From contig NIVC01004251.1 in the NCBI GenBank assembly GCA_002269645.1, positions 1-53,266 of the forward strand: a stretch of DNA of 53,266 bases, in the 5' to 3' direction. Below the pieces are notes generated by a model that saw only the letters and a program-made list of their open reading frames with translations, was not told the origin of the DNA and made no database searches. Source of the stretch: Macrostomum lignano (lineage: Eukaryota). How positions within the stretch are numbered: position 1 is the first letter of the stretch; each line of letters begins with the position of its first letter. The position numbers and the translations under genes were made by a program. Below, one piece after another: positions 39,001-51,000 of the stretch.

Positions 39001-42000
39001 GTTCTTGCTGGTCAACCACGAAAAAAACAAATATTTTGGAAAAAATGATCACAGCCCATAATGCAAATATCCCATAAGAGAATCCGCAAAAAATGGTCAC
39101 TAAAATGGCCACAACTTTCTTATTCCTTTACCAAATCTAATAATATAATACTTTTTGCAAACAAGAAAGTAAGATCTATCAGATAAGCATAAAAAATCTG
39201 TCAGACTTTTAACTTTCAAAATCTCACTGGAGTCCCTAGTGTAAGTTCCTTGACATTATATTCATTATATCTTGTTATTACTTATTGATATAGGTGTAGG
39301 CTTTTATCATATCAACAAAGATGATAGCCTATTATATAACACTTTAACATCCAGTAAGAATAGAGTTTTAATTCTAATCATCACTTGAACAGTATTTTTT
39401 AAGTGATAGTTATTCTGATTCTGATTCTCTGAATCTTATTAGATGATTTACGATGCTAATGTGGCAATTTGAGTTGAAAAAGGCGTCAAGGTTGCGCACT
39501 TTGCCCTTGATGGCCAGAAGCATAAAACCATTTTTAACGGAAACTTCAGGATTGTCTGACTGTAAATAAATTTTTTTATTGTTAATACAAGTTTGAACAG
39601 GTTCTACAAAAGGATAATTAGCTTTAACAAAATTTAAAAGCTGATAATCACTTAATAAAATGGCAGTGCTTATCCCCACGGTACCGTAGGAATAATTTCT
39701 GTCTTATCCCAACGGTACCGTGCGAATAATTTTCTGCTTATCCGCATGGCACACTGAGGAGATAGCTGCCCTATCTTCTACATATGCCGTGCAAATAATT
39801 TTCTGCTTATCCGCACAGCACACTGACAAGATAGCTGCCCTACACGTCAGGACTCTGTTTTATTCCCTCTGCTTTACTAGCTGCCCTATCTGCTACATAT
39901 ATATGCTATGCTATGCGTGAATAGTTTATAGCTTATTGAAAGGGAATTTGAACTGAGGATACTAAGAAGCTGTTGATCTTGATGTAAAAACTCAAATAAG
40001 TTCTAGACTAGTATATGCATGTGTAAAAGCGTGTTATTCTGCTTTACTGATACCCTTCTGTATACTTATTCAACAATAATTCAACAAAGTTGTTATACTG
40101 CACTCAAATCGTATGTACTAAACTTCCCACACGGCATATATAGAAGATAAGGCAGCTATCTCGTCAGTGTGCCATGCGGATAAGCAGAAAATTATTCGCA
40201 CGGTACCGTTGGAATAAGACAGAAATTATTCCTACGGTACCGTGGGGATAAGCACTGCCTAATAAAATATCAAAACAAGTGTTAAAAAAGGAATCAAAGT
40301 CCAAAAAGTTACTAGTTGATTCTATAATATCAGTTGAAATATTATTTTATTTTAAAAACTGAGTAGCCATAACATTATACAAGTTACTAAAGGTTGAAAT
40401 AATTCCTATACATTGTCAGTCAAGAAAAGACTAAGTCTATTAGGTAAACAATGCAGATCTCTACTAGAAAGAAAAAACTTAATTATATCAAGTACAAGCT
40501 TTTCCTTTAGAGCCTCTTTTAGTTCAGAAGAACTTTGATCAATGAAGCCATAAGCTCCCTTCATGATTTCATCATTTTTAGTTGATATGTCATCATAATC
40601 ATTTGTTGCATCACTTTTTTCATTAATAGACCTTGGAAAGTTGGGGTCTATTAAGAAATTAATTTTGCCAGAAATGTCATCTAGTTTGTCTTCAATTGAA
40701 AAAATGGCAGTCTCTTCAGCTACATAAGGCTTGTTATGGAATCTTAATAAATGCTTAAGTATACCCGCTTTAGTTGAACTACTTAAATTGCAATGTTGAA
40801 TGGGACAAGTAAACCTGTTTGCTAATTGAAGCTTTTCTAGACAAGGGGTGTACTTTGAATGGTGGACAAAACCTGACATTTGCTCAAATGTTTTCCCATA
40901 TTTACAGGGAAACATTCTTAAAAAAATCAAAGCAAAATGGATTCTTACAAGGCTAAATTTAAGCAAAAAAATTTCTGGGGCCATGTTAATTTATACTGTA
41001 GACCTAGCAGACCTAGTTTACAAAGATTTAGAATAAGGCTATTATTATAAGACAAAGACCAAGACAATAAACTAAAAAAAGCAGACACAATAATAATTAG
41101 ACAATAATATGTTCAATTACAAAGAATAAAAATAAAATGAAGCACAAGAAAAGGTAAGGCTCAAGGGCAAGAATTGAATAAATACTGTGATCTAGGCCTA
41201 TGTTAAGAAGTAAGTAGTCTATAAATATATACAAATATAAAAATATATACACAAGTCGCAATGTTGTTAGGGCCTAATTTTAGTAGTCTGGGTCAATAGT
41301 TAATGCAGTCAATAGTTAATGCAGAAGTTCTTGCAATTTGCAAAGAAACTAAGCAAAGCACAAGAGCAGAGCATATGCTGAGTTGAGCGGTAAATGCGAT
41401 GTAACACTTGAAAATGATTTTAGTAGTTTGATCAGATAAAAGTCAACACAAATTAAATCGCAAGTACATTAACAAATTTGTAAAGTAAATTTTATTTTCA
41501 GCAAGTTTTTTGCTTTTTGACTGCATTTTTTTGAGAATATTATAAAGTTTTATGCCCATAGTGGTTAACTTTGTATTCTTTTTGCAGTTCATTGTGAGTT
41601 TCTTTGTAAATTTAAGATTAGAACGTACTGTTGAATTATTTACTCTCGGCCACATATTATTTTTGATGCTATATATTCATTGTACATGGTTAAAGTGTTA
41701 CATTACACGTTGCACTCATTAAAAACAAATATTTTTACTTAGCTATGGCCTTTTGTGAGAAAAAATTTCGCTTTAGTAAAATAGTTATCTTCGCCACTTT
41801 TTCTAAAATGCATCTGGCCACTTCCTCGGCCACATATTTTTTACAGTGTAGCGTTTGGACATTATATGCTAGCATACTTTCGAAGACTGTCAAAAAAATG
41901 TTCATTACATCCCAAATTGTTAATTTACTTCTTCTACAACCTTAATAGTCATAACTCTGTAGAATTATCTCAAAAAAGTGTCCCTGATTCGCTTTCAATA

Positions 42001-45000
42001 CTTCTTCTGCTTTAGATACCGGCTTACTATACCATTTTACCCTCGCTTTTGAACAAATTCTGTTTCACTTTAGACAGTCAGAACTTCAGTTTAGACACTT
42101 TTAGACTGGAGCCCCGAATCTACATTCACTATCGACAAACTCCGTTTCAGTATCGATAGCTAAGCTTTGTAGTGCTACACTTCTATCTATTTACATAGGC
42201 AAGTAAGGAAATGCACATCCAGATCTAGGTGAAACTCCCTTTCACTTTCGACAAATGCCACTTCTCCTTAAACAGTCTATAGTCTAAGCTGCTGAAACTC
42301 CGTTTCCCTTTAGTCAACCAACATTCAAGATAGACAAGATACATTCACTTTAGACATTAAATCACATGGGAGGTGTGCAAAGGTTTATTAAGCATGTTCA
42401 TGGAAATTTCCAAGGATAAAAACTTTCATTGTAACGGAAGATGGCGTGCAACAAGGATTTTTTATCAATAAACAGTTAGTTTGGCTGCCTAATTTAAAAG
42501 GCATTTGAGAATTCAGGACTTCCGAAAAATGTTTGTTTAACAGCGTCGTGATTAAAACGGCAAAGCCAGCAGAAGCAAAGCGATAATTCAGCGATAGGTT
42601 CTGATTTTCATTAGCCATCAATTGGCTGAGATGCCAAGCACTGTGGCAGATACCTGAAGCAATGGCTGAGCCACCATGATACCTTCTCTGGAATGATGCA
42701 GTCGGTGGTGCCGTCCATCTCACGGAGTAGAATGTCTCGGTGGTACGCCGCCAGGCTGCGACCAGCAAGCTGCTGCTCGGTCGGCCTGATGAAGGAATCT
42801 TGGATCGCCAACAGTTGATGCTTCAGAGCCGCCTTCCAGCATGATATTGCATTCTCAACTGGGGTGAGAAATGGACTGTAGGGTGGCAGTCGTCTCACTT
42901 CCACAGCGTCTTTGACCTTGTAGCTTTTGGCGTCATTGTGGCTGTTGACATTGTCTATAACAACACTGATGCTGCTGTCTGGAAACACGCTGTGGAATTT
43001 GGCAATTGTGAGAAACTCGCCAAATCTCTCCTTTGTCATGCCGCTGTCGTATGACTGGAAGTGCACGATTCCAGCAGCCAGGCTTACTGCCAAGCAGACA
43101 GTGATGCGCTGTCCCTTCTGTCCAGAAACCTGTCAGTACACGCGCTGTCCACAAAGAGATCGTCCATAGGATCGCCGCATCCATGTGTTAAAGCCAAACT
43201 CATCAATAAAGATCTTCGCTGTGTCAGATGCTTCGGGCAAGCACATCCACTGAGCAAATTGCTCACAAGCGACTACAACCCTTGGCGAGTTGCGCTCAGC
43301 TAGAAGATCTCGTGCCAGCTTCGTTGTGAACAGTGCACTGTCGAGTTTTATGCTCAGTGTCTTTTCTGAGACCTGCTGCTTCTCAGGAAAAGCTTGTCTG
43401 AGCATGGTGTTCATCTCTTTCAGAGTTAGCAATGGATTCTGCTCCACGATTGCGCACAAATATTCTTGCATCTCACCATCCCACTTCACGTTCTTGGCTC
43501 CGCCGCATGAAAGCTTTTCCACTCATCCACTCCTCACAATGGAATATGCGTTCGTTCTCTTGATGCCAAGTTGAGAGGCCAATAGGATAAAATCTTCGCC
43601 CTTCTGGTAAGCGGAGAGAAGTCGCTGCCTGTCATGGTTGCTCACTGGCTGTCGCTGTTACACTGGAGCCTCCTCTTCAAAGTTGCTTTCACTTTCGTCT
43701 TCATAACCAGGCTCCTCTTCTAGGTGCAAATCTTCACTGTCCTCCATCTTTTTCAGGGCTTGCTTTAGCAAATATCTTTAGCAAATAGGCTTCAGTGTTT
43801 TAAGCGAAGGGAGAGTAGGCTGAGACTGGTTCAGAAGTTCGGAAGGTCTGGCTGGCAACCCTGCCACCCCACATTGTTCAAAGGGGCGAAAAGGGTGTCT
43901 TAAAATGTATCTATGGTCAAAACCCCTCTTTCAGCCAACACTAGGTGTAAACAAATGACGCATCTAATAATCTGTCTAAAGTGAATGTATATTGTCTATC
44001 TTGAATGTTGGTTGACTAAAGGGAAACGGAGTTTCAGCAGCTTAGACCATAGACTGTTTAAGGAGAAGTGGCGTTTGTCGAAAGTGAAAGGGAGTTTCGC
44101 CTAGATCTGGATGTGCATTTCCTTACTTGCCTATGTAAATAGATAGAAGTGTAGCACTACAAAGCTTAGCTGTCGATATTGAAACGGAGTTTGTCGATAG
44201 TGAATGTAGATTCGGGGCTCCAGTCTAAAGGTGTCTAAACTGAAGTTCCGACTGTCTAAAGTGAAACGGAATTTGTTCAAAAGCAAAGGTAAAATGGTGT
44301 AAATGCATTAGATATGATTTGTACAGAGCATTACCCCGTAACTGTGACAGAAGTGTTGGCTATTTTTGGAAATAGTGATATTGCATATTTAAATACGTTT
44401 CTAAATCGCATTGGTGGAATTCAAAGCAGCTATGTATCAGTGCCCAGGAAAAGTCTGTCACCCATAGGATTGGTACGTAGGCTTGCCTAAACCGTGACAT
44501 CATGTTGACGATATGATGGCGCAGAACATGCAAGAAATGTGCTATTGATGCGACAGAATGTCCGTTTGTAATGCAGTCTGCTATTGAGACAGATTTCACG
44601 CGGTCGGTAGCTGTTGTTACAATAGAGTACAGGAATACGCGTCTGGTATAATCCACTTTTTTAATTATCGATCCAGTGGCATTAATATGAAGAACATTAA
44701 GCACATTTTCCTATATTAGGTCGATTAAATATTGCAGTTGGTAACTAGAGTACAAAACGACATGCAGGGGATCAATGTAGCGCTCTCTAACTATTCCCGG
44801 CAAGTACTCGTGTGGGTATTCTTCTTGTAGAGCAGTCTGCATAATGAGTAATTCCATATTAATGTTCTTATGTAGTAATTTCACCTCATTTACCTTTTTG
44901 GCTATTCTTTCCATTACAAATTTCAATTTGCATGAGTCAAAGTTTCTGCTCAAGTTGTGACGCATGTGCTGATCTTCATTGGACAGCTTTCGAAGTGCTC

Positions 45001-48000
45001 TAGACACCCCATGCTCTGCAACAAGTTTTGTGAAATTTTCTTCCTCATCCTTTGTTATTCTTCTAAAAGTTGATGATTCGGCTTTCGAGTGGTCAAAGAG
45101 ACCTCGTCCAATAACGTGCCACTCCTAGCATTCTTGCAATTGGGGTTCTTCCTTCATTACAAAAGTAAGCTCTCTCTTGCATCCCTGCATCTTGCACGCA
45201 GCCCTTACTGTCCAGAAATTTGTAAATTTTTTTCTAGATTCAACCGCACTAATATGACAGTAACCTCTCATGCGCAGGCAACAAGACGATACAGATCTCA
45301 ATGATTTGCAGAGAGCTTCATTTAGTGCTGGCTTCGAAAAAACATACTTGGAATTACATGTATTGATTCGTAAATTAATCTTTCTTATAGTGTTAATTGA
45401 TATTGTCACTGTTGCTGTCACTTCATTCCTTGAGGAGCAGTCCATAACAAGTTGCCCTTCAGGAGTCCCTTCAAGAGTCCCTTCAGGAGTCCCTTCAGGA
45501 GTCCCTTCAGGACTTCCAGCTCTTTCATTGTTGGTTGCCTAGCCAGCTGCTGGCTGGGCTTCAGCATGGCCACTGGTTGGCTGATATTCAGTGGAGCTAT
45601 GAGGTCTAAAAGAATTGCTGTTCTGTTGGAAACAAGACTCATCTTCATGAGGAGGTTTCCTAGGCAAACATCGGGTTCTACATGTAGATGTGGCTTTCCA
45701 AAGCCAATTCCACATAGTCATATGATTTCTTAAGTTATTTCTCATTCCCAGTCATGAGCATAAAAACAAGAAAATAGGATCTCGATTTCGGTAATCTTTA
45801 GGAATGGAGTGCACCTTCCTTGCCCGAGAGATGGCATCGTCAATCTGGGAAGTAAGTCAACAGTAGTAAGCCATAATTTAGCACTCCAAATTACATTGCA
45901 AAACCTACATGTACATACAAGGACCACTGTAAAAAAAGGACTCAACACTCACAAACCATGTAAGGATTTTTGAAGGCTGATTTTCAGTTTGATGCTGCCT
46001 CTTCAGATACAGACATTATGAAGATTTTTTAACTACATTAGCAGCTGAATTTTTAAAGAACATTGGTCATTGGCTGACGTTACCACCCAGTTTAGTGATG
46101 CTTGCCACTTACAAAGATTTTTGTACTTTCCTCTGATAGTGCAGTGATACAGCTAATGCTTTTTGTATATTGTATGAGTTTGCATCTCTACAGCTCACTT
46201 CTGCTGGCTGATTTCTTCTGTGATACATTGTGATGAGAGGTTCTCAGTAGGCGATTAAATAGACCAAAGCAGCAGGTATGATAGCCCCCATAACACAGTC
46301 TGCATATCTGCACATACTGCCTATACAGATGATATGGACACGCACGTGGTAAAATGTAGAAAAATCATTAAGTAAAGGTTTATAGGCAAATTTTTAACAC
46401 AATTATGGCATATTGCACAAGGTGTTGTACTTGAAAATCTTGAATATCTGGTGCTTGTAGCCATTTATTGAAAAAAAGTTAATAGAAAAAATTACATCTA
46501 TGCATGTAATTACATGTACAACATGCATCAAAAATGAGCAAAGCAATAAGCATGAATAAAGCACAAATTTATGTGATTGCACACAAATGGCACACTGGTA
46601 GTTAGACACAAAGCCTGTGGAAAATCAGCCTTCAAAAATTTTTCTGTAGTTCGGGAGTGCCAAGTCCTTCTTCTCACACTACAGTGGTCCTTGCCTATAT
46701 AGCCATACGTAGACGTCAGTCTCTCACAAACCAAAAAAAATAAATGCTTACTTCCTTGGTAGGGAAACTCGTTGAGATGGTGACCAGGAACAAAGCCAAA
46801 ATGCATATTGACAACCTTATGCCGAAAAAAAACTGTCAGATGAATTAAGTACCAAAACATGCTAGAGTGCTTATTGTACTCTTGCCAATATAAGATACAA
46901 GTAGAGATGTAGAGATATTGTAGTCAGCAGAGACAATTCATCTATATTATCAAAATGAGCTTGTTAGTGAGAAAGATTATATACCAAAACAGGGTGCAGG
47001 CATATTCTGTGTTAGGCCTCTTGCATAGTGTACATAGCAAAATGACAACAAATGTACATAAAGAAAAACTGCCTCCTGTATAGTGTTAATATTGCTGATA
47101 GATCTACCTAAAGTAAAGTGCTTCAGAGCGGTAGAAGGCAAATACAAGTATAACGTACTTTCCATTCCAGTGTCCAAGTTAGATATGAGCATGCCTTCAG
47201 GCAACTGTTGCTAGGGAATATCTCAGCTTGTGAAGCATCTTATGTGTGTCTAAAGTGTCTTTTTAAAGCAGAGACATGCATAAAACAGCTGTGCAAATTT
47301 CATGCAGAAAGACCAAAGTGAGATAATGTAGCGGCTTCTCAAAAAACTACTATATACAGTATTTGGTATATTGGGAAACGTTGTAACAACATTTGCTAGG
47401 GAATATCTCAGCTTGTGAAGCGTCTTTGTGTGTGTCTGAGGTGTCTTTTTAAAGCAGAGACAAGCGTAAAAGTTTCTATAAATACACAGTATCTTGCGTA
47501 ATAAATAGACAATTTTGTTAAACATTTACTGAACAATTTCTGAATGTCTGTCTGAATGTCTGTCAGGAAACCAATACATGCAATAAAGCTATAAAATAAA
47601 TTTTCTTCAGTTTTTAAAAGTTTAAAACATCTATAAAAGCACAAATTATTTACATATAGCCTTATTTTTAATAAAATGATTTGTTAAAACAGTAAATGAA
47701 TTTTTGAAAATAAAATGACTCCAATAAAAATGATAGAAAAGCTCTAATAATGCAGGGTTTTATTTTTTGCCAGAGACAAGGTGCAAAATTGCACCTTATG
47801 CTTATTTTTAGGATGCAATTTTAAGGCTTATAGAGTGTAGTTTTTTTTTTTCTCAAGGCAGTGCAAATGAGGTTTAAACAAAAAATAAGTTATGAGACTG
47901 CATCTAAACTGCACCCACTTTTTAATTTCAGGGTGTGATTTTAAAATTTAGGGTGCATATGCACACTGTGCACAAAAAATAAACCCAGTAATAATGTATT

Positions 48001-51000
48001 TATTTACTTTAAGTATATTATAATATTACATTCTACAACCATAGTCAGGATGATGTACATTATGCTAGAAATTTCTGGCGTACAATTGAAAATTTAACTT
48101 TTTTTTGTATACAATTGGCATAAAAAATGAGGCAAAATATATTTGGCGTACCTTTTTATGTGATGCTGTGGCATAAATACGCCAAGCATCGTACACCAAC
48201 TCCAACCTCCACGCCAAAGTTAATATTAACAATTGTTGGCATAACGCTGTAACCTCAGAATCTTATTATAAAATCATAAAAACCATAAAACTCGTAAGAT
48301 GAAAGTTCATAACTATTCGTGATTTATAAAAATTTAAAATTCCATGCAAACTAATTGTGTAATTTTCTAAAAAAAACTTAAACAAAAAATTAGAAGTGTA
48401 AAAATATACAATATGATGTTAACTAGTGCGTTGTATTTGGTGAGTGAAGTGGGTAGAGTAGGGGTGTTTATAAAGTAGGCAAAAAGGTGTAACACGCAAA
48501 AAAGGTCATTTATTGTCGCAAAGCCTAGAAAACCTGGCGTAAGTTCCTAGGACCTTGGCGTACCTTTCAGTATGAAGTGGCATAGATTTTTAGGGGACTT
48601 TGGTGCCTATGGTGACTATGGTGCTACAACATATTTACCATTTTTAAGGGTTTATTTGTTTATCACTTTTGTTACTATTGACAATGTGTATTTTGTAGAG
48701 TTTGTTTGCAATAAATACTGTATTCATACGTAAGTATTTAAGCATACAAATTCCTGTAAAGATAGGAAAATTGCATTTTACTCAGTTTCTACTATAAAAA
48801 TTCTCTTCTTCGTGCATACACGCTGCTATGATACCTATTTATGTGTAATTTCATTGTTCTTTGTCACTTAATAAGCATACAGTAAGTAAGCATCTGATTT
48901 GGAAGCTAGGTAACACATTGAAATTCCCATAAGGATCAGAAAATTGCATTTTACTCAGCTTCTATTAAAGTTATTTGGAAAATTCTTTTTCTTTTGCATA
49001 CATGCCACAATGCTACATATTTTAGTGCAATTTCATTGTTCTTTGTCGTCTCATAAGCCTATAGGAAGCATTTGATTTGGATTCCAGGTTCACATTTTGT
49101 GGTACCATTAAAATTTTAATTTCAATGAAAAATGTCAAACAAAAATTGTGAATTGGTCTATTTGGACTTTTAAAATGCTTTTTGTGGTTTTTTACTCATT
49201 TATTCAACAATGTAAAGCATGAAAACAATAAATTTTATCCAGAACTATTTTAAAGACTTTTCTGTCTTTCAAAAAGCTTTTTTAGATAAAGTACCTTCTA
49301 TTGAATGTCCGCAGATGTGTTTTACTGTTTTATCCCATATTTTTGCATTTTGCCCTATTCTATTATAATATTAATTATTTTACTATCTTATTTCTCATCT
49401 AAATGTATCATCATATAAATTGTGGTAGATTAAAGTTATTTTTTATATTTAAAGTAAAATTAATATTTTAGTTCTAAATCAATTTTTTTAGTCGAGTCAA
49501 TCTTTGATTCAGTCTTTAGTTTAGAATCAAAATTTAAATTTAAATTGACAATCTAAATTTTTCAATGCAAAATTAGGTTCAAAGTTTGGAATATCAAATC
49601 AAAACCAAGTTTAAATCTATCATTAGTATCATTTTTCACATTGTCTTTGCTGTTTTTTAGTAAGCAAAATGACTAGTACTATATTTTTTAGATAAATTGG
49701 TAGAGGACAAAATTATTTTCAGCTATTATAAATATATATTTTTTTATTAAAATTGATTCCAAAAGAAAAATTAGTATAACATACTTTTTTACTTTTATTT
49801 TTAACTTAGTTTGTAATATTGCAATATATAATAGCTATATATGTTTTTGGCATTAGTATATACTAGCCTAGTAGTCCTTATTACTTATTATAAAAGATCC
49901 TTAAAGTATTAAAGGATAGCCATTTCATTTAATCTTTTTTGATTTTTATCAGAACCCCTTATTCAATATAATATATTACAATAGATAACAAATTTTTAGA
50001 CAACAATCACTGTTTAACTTACTAGTTTTAGTAGACAATCACCATTGAGATTAGTCTTTGTTTTCTGTTTAAATAGAAGAACTACAATATTTGTATCAGT
50101 TAAAGTTAAATAGTCATTAAACAACCAGCCTATTTATAAACAGCTTTGAAGCTGTTAATTTTTATGTAACTTTTAAAAAAAGATTGTGTTCTATGTTACA
50201 AAACTACAAGAAAAAGTAAGATATTTTTCATGGAATGCTACACATGAAAAGCAGATTTGAATTCAGGAAGGAACTTTTAAAAATTCAAAGCTTTATCTAA
50301 TAGGTATCATTGGGTACTACTACTACATTGGGAACCTACTGAATATTTCACAAAAGTAAGCATTACACTCTTGGTTAAAAAGCATTTGTATATGCTTGTA
50401 TATATAAACTAGTAATATTGAAATGATGTCTTCCAAAATTGAGAAGGGATGATGGTTCACACTGCACTTGACTCTATCTACAAGTTTGTAATCCACAATT
50501 CTCTTTGCACTTGCACATAATTGAAGCCAAGGACTCTGCATTTTATTTTGAGACACCATGTGCATAAATTGTATTAGTATGAAAGATTATTATGACCTAA
50601 AAAAGTTTATAAACTTTATTAAATTTAATTTAAATTTTTGTTTTAATTTAGTTATAATGATAAATCTCAGATTTGAATTTAAATTTGAATTGAGAAATTG
50701 AGAAATAAATTTCATATTGATTTCAATAATGGGACCATGGGTCACAATTAATGCTCTTTGTTTTTTGTCAGAATCACACTGCCCTGGCACCAAGAGGCCA
50801 ACTGACATCAATCTAAATCTTCTGAATTATAGAAAGTATGGTACTAAAACTAAAAGATATTCAGCTTAGAAAAAACATTGAAAAGAAAACACAACTGGAT
50901 GCTATAATAAACTGGGTCTGTGATGATGCACACCATAATAAAAGTTAATTAGTTTGTTTACCTCATAATTGCTAGCTGCTATGGTACAATTTAATGGCAC

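Noticed and set aside
39214-39226. 13-bp match (TGAGATTTTGAAA) between the hAT right subterminal sequence and the 28-bp minisatellite at 51.3-52.0 kb
   Set aside because: Short and AT-rich; likely chance.
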